DNA from: Convolutriloba macropyga
Lineage: Eukaryota
DNA: 64,000 nucleotides
Reading direction: 5' to 3'
Assembly: GCF_964194025.1 (NCBI RefSeq)
Contig: NC_134480.1
Span: 21,142,001-21,206,000 of the forward strand
Shown here: positions 12,046 to 27,600 of the stretch, piece by piece
Numbering within the stretch: position 1 is the first letter of the stretch
Layout of the letters: each line of letters opens with the position of its first letter
Notes under the pieces: generated by a model
The model's input: the letters and a program-made list of their open reading frames with translations, nothing else
The model's database searches: none
What the model was told of the DNA's origin: nothing
Made by a program: the position numbers and the translations under genes

Positions 12046-14989
12046 TTAAGTTAGGCTCAAGTGCGGATTATAAGCGAAATCGAGCAACATTGCGTGCAAA
12101 AAATTGATACACAAATGGAGCAGATGCGTGATACAAGCCGTGCGAAAAATAGGTTATAAAGTTTGTACTTGTATTTCGCGGCTAAGATTAGGACACTTTT
12201 GCGAACACGGGTTGCTAATTTCCCTTCCGTTTTGCCGGTTTCTGCTAAAGTAGCTATTTTCCGCAGTACTGTTCCATTTTCAATGTTTTAACATAGTAAA
12301 AACAAACGCGAGATACACGCATCGGGAATATCTGCCCGTGACGATTTGGGTATACCTCTGCGTCGTAATGCTTACGTCGACAGCAGTGATAGTTAGGAAA
12401 ATTAAATTATATTTGCTTCAAAACAGGAACTATCAGTCACTATTATCTATGATGCCATTTCTGAACAACTGTGAAAACTACTGACAACTTTTTGTCTCTG
12501 TTGTCGATGATCAGGTCACCATTGCCCATTTTAGTGTCTTGTCCACAGTTAGAAACCTAATCGTAATCAATTGTACAAAAAGTTCAAAAAAAGATTGCAT
12601 ATTCCAAAGACTATTTGCAAATTCGCACCTACCCAGTTGAAGCCTCTCAAAAAAATTGTGAATATCTGAGTAGTCTCATGTATTTATTAGCAAAATTTTA
12701 TCATTATTGTATTAGGCTAATTGAAAAATTTTGTGAAGAATTAAACAGAGCTCAAAATGGTGGAAATGTTTTATGGTATTTGTGAAAATGAGTGAAAAAA
12801 TCGTACGTTTCTGTGTCAGTGTTGTTCATAATGGAAGCATCAATATTTTTGATAAATGGATAAATGGCTCACATAGGTATGTTCTAATGGCTCGCATAGG
12901 GTGCCAATTTGTTTACTGAAGCATAAAAACGCGATATTAAACATTTGCAAATGAGATTCTAGCCCCTCTCAACCTCAATGGGGGTAGTTCAATTAAAAAA
13001 AATTCAATTTACGATCATAACAATTAATGCATTACCCGGTTTTGATAGATACGAGTACTACGTGAACATCCTATATATTTACAGTACTTAAAAATACACG
13101 ATAGAAGAAAAACAAATAAAATTGACAGAAAAAGGTTTGAAATAGCTGAGAGCAGGTTTTTCACGACAGCTCTTTTTGTACAACGTGTTTTTTGGTTTTA
13201 TCAGAAGAAACGGCTCGATTAAATCTTTCAATGACAAAAACTAAAATTCAATTTTTACTGATGAAAAGAACTTACTCATTCCACGAAAAAAAGTCTTTTC
13301 TAAATATAAGCCATAGCCGGAAGGGTCACACTAATATTTTTTAAAAAATCAAATGGCGCGCAGGCAAGGTACATTTATAGAAACAAAGCACATTTAGTCC
13401 AACCAGTACTTCAAAAACGTCGGCAAATTGTTTAAACTAAAGATACATTAGGGTCAACTTGAAAATATGTGTAAAATTAGTTTAAGTTGTGATTTTTTCT
13501 AGTTTTGAATACACAATTTGTTTTTCAATTTGATGCTCAATTGGCTGCTATTTGTAAAACTTAGATTGGAGCCTACTGTGGAAACTGAAATCAGTCATTA
13601 CAGTGAGCAATAATTTGTTTTGAAATTGTCATCAATTTTCATCGAACCAAAAAATGACGAAATAGAATCAACTATAGGAAAACATGTCAAAATTTCAATT
13701 TGGCGTCATTATTGGCAGAGACTTTGATGTACTAAGGACAATGAAGTTTGTATAATTCCATCACGAAACTGAAAAATATGTAAAATGTTCATTTTTTCTG
13801 AAATTGAGCAACAACTGACAATTTGGCTCAAGCTTAGATCAACTTTGTTAAGTTTATGTTAATTTTTGGAAAACTGTCAAATTTAGCATAGATAAAAAAA
13901 TGGGATAATTTAATCAAATTGGTAAAATTTCAAGTAACTTCTGCAAATATATGTCTCATTTGAGATAAGGTTAATCTGATTTTTTTTGTGTTAAAGTAAT
14001 GTTGAAGGGATGATTTTGGTTTAAACTATTGTAAGAATTTATTTGTTTCTTTTCAATTATAAAATCGTGGAATATACAGTGACTTGAATTTGATACTATT
14101 AAAGACATATGTTGTTTAATAAGGTATGAACAAAAAATGATTAAAATCTGTAAATATTTTGCGTAAAACTTTTTATAAAATGGAAACTTCAGCAAAAATG
14201 TAGCTACCTGTGGAAGAAAAATTGTTCTAGATTATAGGCAAAATTGTAATCAAGTTGGGTTGAATGAGCAAAATCAATTGTGATAAAATCATTCGAAATT
14301 TTGCATATACTAGTTTCTTAGTTTTCAAATAGACAAAAAAACTGTATAAAGTAGTAATGATTTTGTGTAAAGTGTTGTAACATTGGAGGATAAAACTATA
14401 AAACAATTTAAAGAGAGGAAAAAGAAATGCTTGGTGTAAAATAAACCCTAGTCAGGCAGAAACATATTATATTCATAATAATTGAACAGTGTGGTGATGC
14501 ACAACGCGTGTTCGGTTAGGTTAGTCTGAGCTCATAACCGCCGAGTTCAACTGTTCTATTGATAGAGCTAAGGAGAACGACCTCTAAATCTGAAACAAAT
14601 AAAAAACATTCTTTAAAGTTGAAGCTAGATTATGATGAACCAGTGACCTTCTGTAAACAGTGGTTCTGTTTTTGAAAGTTATTCTGCCCCTACCCCGGGT
14701 GCACATGTTATTTTTTAGTAGTAACCTGCTATATAACAAGAAACAATTTTCACGTGGGGCTCATTCATAAAAAGCACTGGGGGTACACAGAGTAGATCAA
14801 AAAGATTTCTGTCGTGGTGAAGGAATCATAATTTTGTAGCATTGTCTCTAATTCCTATCCTCTGATTATTCCTGTCTTTGACCACTGATCTCGCCTAGGA
14901 GCTCATTTCCAGTCTTTACACTTCCTGATAAAGAATTTCTAAAGCAAGTAGCTGTGAAAATTCAGGTCGCATCGCATTCAATTTTTTGC

Positions 14990-15310
14990 TGCCAAAAACT
15001 ACCAAGAAATCGTTCCGCTGAAAAATGTCCATTTTTTACTCCTTTTTGATTCCAAAAATTACCAAAAAATTCTTCCGTTGAAAAATGCCCAACTACTAAG
15101 AAAAAACCGACAATTTCTTCCGTCTAAAGTCACGCATACCGACAATCTTTTACCCCTAAATACCAAACAGACAGAATCTTCTAAAACCGAACGTACCGAA
15201 TCCCTCTTACATAAGGACTATACCGAATCTTTCTTACGTTCCAAACCGACGATACCGAACAAACCGAACGTACACTCTTTCTTACGTTTGAAACCGAACA
15301 TACCAAAGAT
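14990..15310. repeat. Degenerate tandem repeats (about 60-bp pair, then TACCGAA/TCTTAC-containing units)
   Basis: ccaaaaa.taccaa...ttccg.tgaaaaatg twice, then repeated accgaatct...cttac...aaaccga. Confidence 0.55.
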
Positions 15311-17629
15311 ATCCTACAATAGTTTTTTTTTTCATTTTTGTTCGATATTCTCAACTAGGGAAAAATGCAATAAAAAGATAAGACACAATACAATGCGCAA
15401 ACAACACTGTCAAAATGAGGAACACATTAAAAATCATCTCCTACTGATGGCAAATTCATGTATAGCCATCAACAATCATGTTCGTCGTAGTCGCTGATTC
15501 ACAGGAACAGCAGGACAAGTCTCTGAGGCTGTTAAAAATTGCTTACAGCAAACCCAGCCTAAATCATGGCACCAAAACCCGGTCATTACATCAATTTCCA
15601 AATGAAAAGTCCCTTGCGCAGTTCATTTTATTGCCAGAATAGCTTTTGAAGTAGAGAAAACAAAGAAATACTAACAAACAAAATAAAGCATTCACGTCTT
15701 GGTAATTTTTTAAATCCATTTCTGAAAAACTTTGTTGCCAAATCAACTGACTCAACGTCAACAACACATGTTCAATGTTTTTATTAGCTGCAACCCAAAA
15801 AGCGTCACAACTTCTGTTGGAAATTACACCGTATATGGAATTAAGACACATATGTGACAAAAAACAATAGTTTCGGCTGATTTATTTTGCTTATCTTTCT
15901 TTGATGTTCCTATTCAACTGCTTTTGAGTCTGATAAAACCTAATCAAGTTTCATCGATTTATTTTCAATATCTAATACACAATAGACAATGGTCAGAAAA
16001 CCAGTCAAGTCTATTCTAGGCTGATTTTTCTGCGTTTCAGCACTTAAACCAGACTAAGTGTTCATGATAATTATCAGTCGTGTTCTTTTCATGACTTTTA
16101 AACACAAATCTGAAAAAAACAACTTGCAAAAAAATACTACATATAAAAATGCTAATTTCTATTATAGGCGCATTCACACGAAAAAACATGTAACTTTTCA
16201 TCAACCTCGAAAAAAAAATTTCATGTAAAATTTCACGAGACGCTTTTTCCTCACAAAAAAATGCCCAACTTTTCATCGTGGAATTCCACACGAGAGTGTT
16301 TTATAGTGCAAATAAGTATTGCCAGCAAAAATATCACCCACGAATCTCAACTATCCTAATACATTAAATTGAACGCATTATGAAAACTTTCCCTTCCTAA
16401 ACTTTTTGAATTACCTATAACATAATCTTCGTAAAAACGTATTAAAAAATCCATCCTTGATTCAAAATTGTCACTATCAATGAAGTCAATTAGTTAAGAT
16501 ATAAAAGACTCTTCATTAGCCCCAGGAAAAAAATATGATGTGTTTATATTTCGCAATTAATTCTACCTGCAATTCTTTATCTAAATTGTCACCCAATATT
16601 TTTTAACAGAAAATTGCTGATCTTCAAAATGCCTTTTTATATTATAATTTAGCCTTAAATAAGAGATTTTGGATCAGTTAAATAGTAGATGCAGAAGAAC
16701 AGAACACAAGAGCCTCCCAACTACGTCAACTTACCAAAAATTTCCAACAATTTGGCGTGTCAAAAGAGAAAACGTCAGTGTGGACTGCATAAATGTCTTC
16801 TTCAAGGATCGTTACTTTAAATCTTTGCAAGAAAGAAGAAACAAATCACCTCAATTACCACCGAATCAGTTAATATGAAACACTGTCAAAGAATATGGTA
16901 TGAAAAAGCTATGTACAGCATAATTTTTGCTTTTAAAGCATGATTCGCGCTTCATAATTATTTGTGCCAGGAAAATTTTAAAATTTTAAAAGTGTGAAAC
17001 TTTAAAAAGAGTTTTACGAGAAAGTTCATTTTCATTTGCTCTGCTTGAACAGAAAAGATGACTAACCAGCGCTGATTTTCCACTGTTTGTCAAGTTGTTA
17101 CGCTACGAGATGTTGGATTTCCGTGGCCAAAAATACCAAAAAAAAATTAAACTTAAAATCATGACCGATTGCTCAGTATCCTTAAAAACGTTAACTGAAA
17201 CATTTTTGAGGCTAAAAATTCGAGCAGAAGAACGCCAAAATTGTCCCAAAAAATCCAAAAAAGTTAGTTGACGATGTTTTAAAAGATCGTAGAACCTCAT
17301 TTGAGCGCAGTAGAGAGTCTCACAACGCTTTTTTTGCTATGATACAATTTTCAGAGGTACACTAGGACAAATTCTCTAAAAAAGTTGTGTTTGTTCGAGA
17401 AAAGGTGCAAAAATTCGGTGTGAAGAAAAAAGTACGTGTTTTTGTTCAAAATGTTGTACAAAAAGGCTTAAAAGCCTATCTATTTTAGCAGAAAGTTATT
17501 TTTACTGATGAAACTAGAGTGCGACCTCCAGTGACGGAATTGATCGAATTATTTGAAGGAATGGTACGAGATGTCTCGAAAAAAAACACAAAGCGTTGGA
17601 GTTCGTACAAGCGGTCAATTTTGTTTTGG

Positions 17630-20600
17630 AGATGCAACACAATCAGATGGACCAAAAAGTTTGTCAGTTGTCCAAACAAGGTGTTATTTAGAGCTATTGA
17701 ATAATTACGAAAAAACCATGCATTTTTCAGAAGCTTTTTTCAACAACATAATTCTGCTTTGCAAAAATCGAAGATCATTGGCAATTTTTTCCAAGGAAAA
17801 GAGTGAAAAATACTGAAATAGCCAGCTTACTGTACAGATCTGAATCGTATTAAAAATTGATAGGCGATTATGAATCATCGATAACAAAAACAGACAGTTT
17901 TTTTGGGAGAAAATAGACGAAAAATTGTTGAAATTGGGAACGAAATTGACAGAAATGTCGTGGGAACACTTTTTTTATACTTGTAAAATGTAAATTCAAA
18001 TTTTTACAACACTAACAAAAAATTTTTTAAACATTTTACATTTAACATTCATTTTAAAAGCATCTGAAAAGTTTGGTGTTCAAAATACTGGTAAACATAA
18101 TTTCTAAAACCTTGTACTTGTCTATCTATTGGAACAAGTTAATGTATTTTGATCTTTTCTCTAGTTATTTTCTTTTAAATTTATTTTTGTTTTTTTTTCT
18201 GCATTTCATTTGGCAAGTTATTCTACTTTCTCGAAAATTTTCTGACTATTGATTGGTGACTCTATGTAAAATGACACATATTTTTGGAAGAACCTGGACA
18301 GATTGGGATTTTTCTCTCATCTCGTGTTTTGCCAAATTTTTGTTAGACATTCTTTGGATATTTGACTGCTTTCCCTGCAACGCTAAATTAAATAAAAAAA
18401 TTAGTTAGAAAAGAAGTTTTTTAATCAAAAGACAAGTATTCTAACGAAAAGCTCTGCAGGTAAAATCTAATATCTTATTAGAAGATCTCTTGTGCTGCCA
18501 AAATTTTTACTCATATGGCAAACCTTTATGCCTAAATTAATTTGTCAGTTTATTCTCAGATGTGATGAGGCTGGCAGAGATTGGAGAAAAATTGCATTGA
18601 AATTGAAATAAGACAGGACAAGTGATTTAAAAAATACAGTAATTGCTTTTAACTGTATTAGATGTCTCACTAGGTAGATTGATCTAAATGCATTTTGATC
18701 TGTATGAAAATTATACAAATTGTCTGCTAGACATTAAAAAATCTAAAGGTGTAATAACGAGTTATTTGAAAACAAGTTTGAAATCAAAACGCTCTACAAT
18801 TTGATTTTTATAATGTTTTTAAAAATCTTCAGGTGTACGTAACTGTTTGCAACCATAGTGTATACCGCTCTGATAATGAATTTCAGATTCACTTCTCAGA
18901 TCACACTAAATGCAATAGTCCGAAAATATTATCTATTTACTCCTTCTCCTTAGTCAGTCCTCCAAACTAACATGAAGGACATTACCCAACGGCTTTGATT
19001 CCTTTTGCCTACCCAAACCCAGCTATCGGATAAATTGAAATCGAGAAGAAGAAATCGGGAATGAAAATAGTTTCAATCTGGCATAAAACATAACGAATTT
19101 ACATATTCCCATTTCATGCTGTTTTCATCACTCACATATTTTAGATCTCACTGGTTTTCAAATTTGTCTTTCTATACCCCTTCCTCCTGAGACAGATTAT
19201 GACTTCTCAAGAACGGCAAAAAATCTTTTAACACAGCAATATTCCTGGCTGAAAACGTGAATCAAGTAAACTCAAGAGGTAAAATGATTGGTCAAATTTT
19301 TTTTTGCTCCATAACCCAACCCAAGATGAAGTCTCCGACCAGGAAAGGTATGAACCAGACGGACATGGCTTGCGGACAGGGTGGTCTGGTGCAAACGAGC
19401 CTACAGTCTGAACAAAACTTTGGTCGCGATGATCCGTCTGCCTGATATCAGAATTGAGTTTGTTCGGTTTGGCACATGCCCATTCTTCGGTCTTTTTTGT
19501 TCTGGCCTATACCCAAAATTAGTCTGGATCATACCTATTTTCTGATGCAAACCCAATCAGACGGACACAATCAGATGCAACACAATCAGATGGACCAAAA
19601 ATGTTTGTTTGTTGTCCAAACAAGGTGTTATTTAGAGCTAATGAATAATTACAAAAAAACCATGCATTTTTCAGAAACTTTTTTCAACAACAAAATTCTA
19701 CTGTGCAAAAATCGGAGATCATCGGCAATTTTTTCCAAGAAAAGGAGTGAAAAATACTGAAATAGCCAGCTTACAGTACAGATCTGAATCGTATTTAAAA
19801 CTATTAGGCGACTATGAATCATCGATTACGAGAACAGACAGTTTTTCTGGGAGAATTTAGACGGAAAATTGTAGAAATTTGGAACGAAATTGACAGAGAT
19901 GTCGTGAGAACACTTTTTTATAATTGTAAAATGTAAATTCAAAATTTTACAACACTAACAAAAATTTGGTTACACATTTTACATTTAACATTCATTTTAA
20001 AAGCATATGAAAAGTTTGGTGCTTAAAATACTGGTAAACATATTTTCTAAAGCCTTGTACTTGTCTATCTATTGGAACAAGTTAATGTATTTTGATCTTT
20101 TCTCTAGTTATTTTCTTTTAAATTTATTTTTGTTTTTTTTCTGCATTTCATTTGGCAAGTTATTCTACTTTCTCGGAAATTTTCTGACTATTGATTGGTG
20201 ACTCTATGTGAAATGACACATATTATTGGAAGAAACTGGACAGATTGGGGTTTTTCTCTCACCTCATGTTTTGCCAAATTTTTGTAAGACATTTTTTGGG
20301 ACATTTGACTGCTTTCCCCGCAACGCTAAATTAAATTTAAAAATTAGTTAGAACAGAAGTTTTTTAATGTAATAACAAGTTTTTTAACGAGAAGCTCTGC
20401 AGGTAAAATCTAATATCTTATTAGAAGATCTCTTGCGCTGCCAAAATTTTTACTCATATGGCAAACCTTTATACCTAAATTAATTTGTCAGTTTATTCTC
20501 AGATGTGATGAGGCTGGCAGAGATTGGAGAAAAATTGCATTGCAATTGAAATAAGACAGGACAAGTGATTTAAAAATTACAATAATTGCTTTTAACTGTA

Positions 20601-21880
20601 TTAGATGTCTCACTAAGTAGATTGATCTAAATCCAGATTGATCTGTATGAAAATTATACAAACTGTCTGCTAGACATTAAAAAATCTAAAGATGTAATAA
20701 CGAGTTATTTGAGAAAAAATTTGAAGTCAAAACGCTCTTTAATTTGATGTTTATAATGCTTTTAAAAAATCTTCAGGTGTACGTATCTGTTTGCTACCAT
20801 AGTGTATACCGCTCTGATAATGAATTTCACGTTCACTTCTCAGATCATACTAAATGCAATAGTCCGCAAAGACTATCTTAGTTACCTTAGTCCAAGCTAA
20901 CATGAAGGACATTCTCCAACGGCCTTGATTTCTTTTGCCTACCCAAACCCAGCTATCGAATAATTTCAGTAAGCTAACAGAGACTTGAAATCGAAAAGAA
21001 GACTAGCTGCAATCTGGTATAAATTCATATCAAATTTTGATATTCTCATTTTATGCTGCTTTTGTCACTCATACTTTAATCTCTTACTCTGGTTTTCAAG
21101 TTTGTCTTTCCCAAACAAGATTTTCTTGGAAACAATTTTGTTTCCAACGAAAAAAATGAATGTAGCGAAGCAGTCCCGATAACTGCCCCGTTCAACTTTT
21201 TGAATGAAGAATATACCCCTTCTTGCTGAGACCGATTTTGACTTCTAAAGAACGGCAGAAAATCTTAATTCTACATGTTGTATTGAAAGCGCGAAAATGA
21301 GCCACCATACAAACAAACAAAATCTACAATAAACTTTGGCTGAAAAAGCGACACCAAAAGGCCAACCCAATCGCAATATCAAACAATCGAATTTCATAAC
21401 AAAATATGGTCTAGTATTTTAAACAACTTTTTAGTTCGCAAAATCTAAACACAACAGTCAAAAGTCTCATAATCCTTTGTTTTCTGGATTTAATTTTTGC
21501 ATTTTTGTCAACACTCCACTCACTCCATAACCCAATTTGTATTTCTGTCTTGTTAAAGACAGATTAAAATATTGTACTAGAGATAAGAGATTAATATTAA
21601 TGACATAGTCAACTATTAGTAAGTTTTTTTTTGCTCCACAACCCAACCCAGGATGAAGTCCTCGACTCAAGACAGGTATGAACCAGACGGACCTGGCTCG
21701 CGGACAGGGTGGTCTGGTGCAACCGAGCTCATAGTCTGAACACAATTTTGGTCGCGCTGCTCCGTCTGGCTCAAAACAGAGTTCATTCTGTTCGCTCTGA
21801 CACATGCCCAATTGTCGGTCTGTTTGGTTTAGCCCACACCCAAAATTTTGTCCGGACCATACCTGGTTTCTGGTGCGAAC
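17630..21880. repeat. Tandem segmental duplication (copy 1 about 17630-19570; copy 2 about 19572-21880 with insertions)
   Basis: Both copies begin GATGCAACACAATCAGATGGACCAAAAA and stay closely colinear for about 1.4 kb; 19030-19540 matches 20985-21880. Confidence 0.9.
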
Positions 21881-22259
21881 CCGGAAAAAAATCGTCTCGT
21901 GACCTATTTGGAGAGGTAATATTAAAAAAGTTAACTCTATTCAGCGCCAAAAATTATTTAGACTGATCAAAGCACAGTTGTCCAGCTCAATACTGAAACA
22001 GTCGTCTGAAACAAAATATAATTGATCCCTAAACTGACAAATTTTGTAAGCAGCAGCCTATCATTAGCAACTTACAACAGAAAGAAACAATTAAATGTAC
22101 ACTAAATGTTTATTGCTGAATACTCTGAATTTCTGGGGTTGCATGATCTCCTTGGATAAAAAAACTGTCAAATTATACTAAGTTAGTTTTTTTGTTTTTT
22201 TTTTAAATATTTAAAACGCATAAATTATCAATCTCTCGGTGTAATTCTGCGTGTTAAAG

Positions 22260-22660
22260 GTGGTCTGACACAAAGTAACCAAATACTGTTCGGTCCAGTC
22301 TTGGTTCGGATTGGCCTTGCCCAATGTTGGTCTTGAGTCGGTTTGGTCTGGCCCAGGCTGAACAAAGTCTGTTAGGTCTGGCCTATACCTCGTCGTAGGT
22401 CTGTTCTGTCTGGCCCATACATGAATGGGGTCAGTTTGATCTGTCCCAAGTCTTGTTTGGTCAGGCCAATTTTTGGCCTTGGATCTGTTTGGTCTGACTC
22501 AGGTTTTGGGTCTGTTTGGTCTGGCCCAGGATTGCTCTTGGGTCTCTTGTTTTGGCCTTGAGTTACCGAAGTCTGTTTGGTCTGGCCCATATCAGAATTT
22601 GGATCTTCTCAGTCTGAACATTTCTGTCCGTGACCGAAAGCCGTCTGGCCCACATTTGTT
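22260..22660. repeat. Minisatellite, about 21-22 bp unit (GTCTGTTTGGTCTGGCCCA core)
   Basis: More than 10 degenerate units; related motifs at 19480-19530 and 21810-21860. Confidence 0.75.
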
Positions 22661-24673
22661 TTGTTTTGAGCACTTGATCCTTTCAATTTCTCACATTGTC
22701 TTCAATTATTGAAAATAGTTCAAATAAGAGACTAATCGAACCATGAAAAAAATTAGTGTATTAGTCAAAATGGATTATTGTCACCTTTGTGAGAAGTCTT
22801 CAAAATTTATGCGGGCATTCTTAATGCACATTTTTACGACTACCGTTTGAAGACACAAATGATACAGCTCATTAGACAAAGAAATAATGACGTTCATTAG
22901 ATAAGGAAATATTGAACGTTTTTTTAAATGTCTCAATCAAGAACCAGGTAGCAATGGTTTGCGCTACAAGTGGGCGGATATAATGGGGAATTTAACGCAT
23001 CCAAGCAAAATATTAAAAATTTATCGAACAATTCTTCCTAACTGATTTTGCTCTCATTTGAAGTCATGAGAAGGTTCACTTGAGATTTATCAAATATGTA
23101 ATCAGCTTCCGGAAAAACTTATCGAACCGCTCAACATGGTAATTTGTTTCACAGTCCTTTGGCAGTAGCCATTAGTGTTCTCGCAAGCCCTTTAAATACG
23201 CCCAAATTTTGGCGTGGACACCCGACCCAAGGATTTTTGCCTATATTATGTAAGATAGGCGGTAACTAGCGTTGAGAATGTGGAAAAATCACAGCGTTTT
23301 TCTTTCATAATTTTGCTTTTAATGCCTTGAATTTACGTCTCTAAAGTCAACTCGTTCAACACAGAATTATACAAGAAAAATTCGGTGAATGTTTTACACT
23401 CTCAACATTAGTTTCCGCGTATCTTACATACTTTTGCGTTTCTAAGCGTTGAATTTTAATTTTTTTGCGTTAAAATTTGCGTTGCTCTTACAAAACTTCA
23501 CCGCGTAGATCTTTGCGTACGAGACCCAAACCACTGACCTCTTGCATGTTTGTTGCCAGCTACCCTTTCGTTATAACTTACACAGGCTTTAAAAGAATTT
23601 CAAAATAGCGAGCACGCTTGCGACCGAATGTGTTAAGATACAGTTGGTATTCTTATCAATATTTCTCATCACTTTTGGAGTTCATTTTTTCCGGCAGACA
23701 AGCTCAAAGTTTTCCATACCTTGTTTCAACCTGCAATTAGAGTGATAAAAAGACGAGTGGGTAGTATCTTTTACCAAACTTTGTAACTTCAAATTACTTC
23801 CATATTCTATTTTAAGACTGCTGTTCAAGTTTACATACCTTAATTTTTGTCTGCGAAAAAAATGATCTGAAAAATTGCGATTTATGAAAAAAGAACTTTT
23901 AAATTATTATATCTGACATCCAAGTCAATGTCGATATTAATTACGGCATAGTTACTAAGACCACTGTAATACTTAATCCTCATGTTTTTGGTCGTTTTTT
24001 AAACCTATGGTCCATTTGAACCATTACGTCACAAATAAAGTTAGTGTAACACTAGATCCCGTATAAAAAGTCATTAACACCATGTACTTTAAATCCATTA
24101 AGTAGTGCAAACTAAATTTACCGATATAATACGAATAGATAACATTAACCATACTTTGAAAATCCAGATCAGTGAAAATGATAAAAAAAAAATCAATTTT
24201 TAAAAAAAAACCGTAATTTTTTTCAGGTATGAATTTGTGTTTTAAAAAGGTTGACGTTGTTTCAAAGTTCACATAAAAACCTAGCTTATGATAGGGTAAG
24301 TCAAAATCCAAAGAATAAACCCAAACTATTATGAAGCGCATTTCGAGCCCTTGAAAGTCATCATATGGATATAATTGGTCCTTCGATTTTACGTGTTTAC
24401 CAGAGGGATTGTATATGAAAATTGCGCAATATACGGTAACTCCTTTTTAACTGCCATTAAATATAAAAATGAAAGCAAAATTAAATTTTGAACGCAGCCA
24501 TTTTGAATAGCATAAAGAAATAATAGTTGCACCAATTGCTCTGTCGCTTAGAGCAGCTTACCGTACATAATCCGACTAAATAACAAATCAAGACAATACA
24601 TTCGTATAGGGTATTTTTTTCTTTGAAATAGACGCCATGGCAAAAATTTTTCTTTTTTGCCGAGGAACACCTT

Positions 24674-27600
24674 TGGCGCCGCGACCTGGGAGAATATTTG
24701 TGCTAAATTGAAACAAACTGAAAATTGAAGTTACATCCGTGAAAGTGAATAGAAGAAATCTGTTTTGATTCTATATTCACACGATACATGGAAACAGTAC
24801 GAATCAGAACAAAACCGCTTACTCATCCAACTGAGTGCTCCAATCTTTTCGTTCCGCAGTGAGAGGGGTACAGACTGATTTTACAAGAACAAGTCAGCAA
24901 AGCGGGGTGTGATTTATATACAATTAAGTGACATCTGCTCGCCTTTTAGAGTCAAAAGTGGCAAACTCCCGATCCCTTCAGAGTCAAAAAGCAGCCTGGA
25001 AAAAATAATATTTGCAACTTTGTAAAACAATTGCCAAGATGACCTCAAATCTGACAGAAGCAACAGTAAAAGATCTTTTGAGCTAAAAAACCCAATTCTT
25101 AAAAAAAAAATTTGCTGAAAAACTGAAACCGACAGTCATCGAAATAAAGATGAAATTCTCAAATTTTGCTTGACAGTTTTGACAAATATACTAAGCAGAA
25201 AACTCGAGAGGCTAAATCGAGATCATCAAAAAAAGTACATTAATTAGAGGACCAATTGACTGAAAACGGTCACTCTCTAGAAAAATTTGTAATCATCTAG
25301 CAAAATTTTTAATCAGCAGTTACAAGCAGTTCAAAAATTTTTGCTTACTGGTCAATGAGCAGTGAAGCTTGTTCAAATATCTGATTGAATTTTTAAAGAC
25401 GACTGAGTTTGCCCAAATTTTTCCCTCATTTCATTGTGAAGAAGAAGAAACATTTGGAGAAAATGACGCCAGACTGTATTCGGTAGACGATCTTCATAAC
25501 TTAAAGAAAATGGAACTTCAATCCGGCATTACAAATGACAATACTTATAGATCAATTCCCAATCAGTACAACTCCAGCAACTGCAAGACAGATGATGTTT
25601 ATTTACAGGAAGAAAAATTTGTTGCGCAGAAGATGCTGGTGGAACAATTTGTGGAAATTACTCTGGCGGGAAACAATATGTTTCTTAAAACTCCAGCAAA
25701 TGAGACTCCAAATTTTCTTTAACTTCAGATGATAGGCTTAATTGTGGAAAAAATGAAAAGATTGTCATTTTTGACATCTCATCACTCATCAAACGGAAGC
25801 AATTCAAGTAGGAGAGAGTAGGAACTAAAGAAGCTCAAAAAAAAACCTAGGAAAATAAGCAAAATGGAAACTACAGCAAATGAAGAATTAGGTCATTGCA
25901 AGAACAAGTTCAGATTATAACATGGCAGCACGATTATGAGTTTCATCTAGAAGACAGCAAAATCAATTCAAGTAACCAGTTGTTTCGATTCCTATGAGGC
26001 TGCATAATAAGACAAAGTGACAAATCAGCTATGGTGCTGGAGGGATATAAATTACTAAGCGCCAAAAAATATTACAAAGAGCAAGCCGAACTACTTTTGG
26101 AAACATTAAAAAACAAAGTCGAATTCAAAGAAAGAGGGTATGAAATTGAACGTCTCTGGTCAAAGGAATTAGCGATCCGCCAAATCGAACAATTGAAACT
26201 GCTTCAGATAGGTTTTGAAAGAGAAGAAGACCTCCACAATTCTTCGCCGCTGATTTAAGGGCACTCTTTGCTCGGAAATTTGATATGCTTGAAATTGAGA
26301 GACAAAAAAAACAACAATCGTTTTTACCATATCATCCTGTTGTCAATCCCAAATTCTTTGTTGGGCTTTCATTGTTTAACAGAGCATCATCGAAAACAGT
26401 AAAAGAATATTGATTTTTCCAAGCAATCACAAGTCCAAGCTATTCACAAAAAAAGCAGTATTCATTGGTCTGAAGATAAACTAAAAATTTTACTTGAAAC
26501 TTCCGGTAGTTCTCTCTTCCAAACAGCTGCAATTAATCTTTCTGAAGATGAAATCAAACTGCAAAGCACAAGAACACATCTTTTCCTGACATTTTTTTCA
26601 CTGTTGAGCTGAAGCTTGTTAATTACACAACACTTGGCGGGCAATTTTGGAGTACAGGCCAATTTGTACTATCATCAGTTAATTCCCCATTTTTGTGACG
26701 CTTTATACATAGTCGCATATTTAGTTGCAGTTAATATAACCATTTTAACAAAATTGTCATTTGTCATATTCAAAAGTTGATTTGCATCCATGCAACAACT
26801 GTTGATACTAAAATTGGAGAACCAAATGGTTTTGTGCTTGGCAACAAAACGTAGTAGGATAAAACGCAGCACATCATGGCATTTAGAGAATTGTGCCACT
26901 TGACAGATGCAGTTCTACTGATTAAATGCCTCCAATCAGTCATTTAGAGTCTACTGGGTTGCCCCAGACAGTCCTTCAAATTTTGGCATCAGATAAGGTA
27001 CATTAGAAGAGCTTCAGAATTGTGTTTGGTTAACTGAGTTGGCTTGGGCAATTAATGAATTCAGTGGTCAAAGGAACCAAACAAGCTTTACACTTAAGAA
27101 CAATCAAATGATAGGAGGTCAATATGAGCTGCAGTAGGAGACAAGCTTAAAACTCATTCAACCATCGTTGACTGGTATCGATTCATACGTTCTATGAAGC
27201 ATCGAAATGTGATTATTTATTGTTTGTTTTTTCAAGCGAACTTCAGGTCTTGAAATACAGAAAATGAAATCGTCCAATCGCAATTAGAAACTAATCTCGG
27301 TTGAAACCAAATGGCGCATTATCCATGTCAAGTTGCAAGCTGTTCGAAGTCTTAAGAGACTGCACAATTGGGCAAAATAACAGATCAGCTGAAGCATTGG
27401 TTGGATAGCAGAATTTCATAATCCAAGATATCATAAAAATGGAATTCGAAAAACGAGCGAAAACAATAAATTTAAAAGTGGAAGGTATGAGATAAAAATT
27501 TTTAGGCAGATTGAACCTAACGGCTTGCCAATTGCTGCCAACAAAATCAATTGCAAATAACTTGAGAAACGTTTTGAAAGAGATGAAGAATTGAATAATC

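Noticed and set aside
14514-14525. GGTTAGGTTAG telomere-like motif
   Set aside because: Only two units; not an array.
22260-22660. CRISPR-like repeat spacing
   Set aside because: Eukaryotic context, degenerate contiguous units, no unique spacers, no cas genes.
11400-24400. Numerous 60-140 aa ORFs in the ORF track
   Set aside because: AT-rich chance or repeat-derived ORFs with no recognisable motifs or consistent splice structure.
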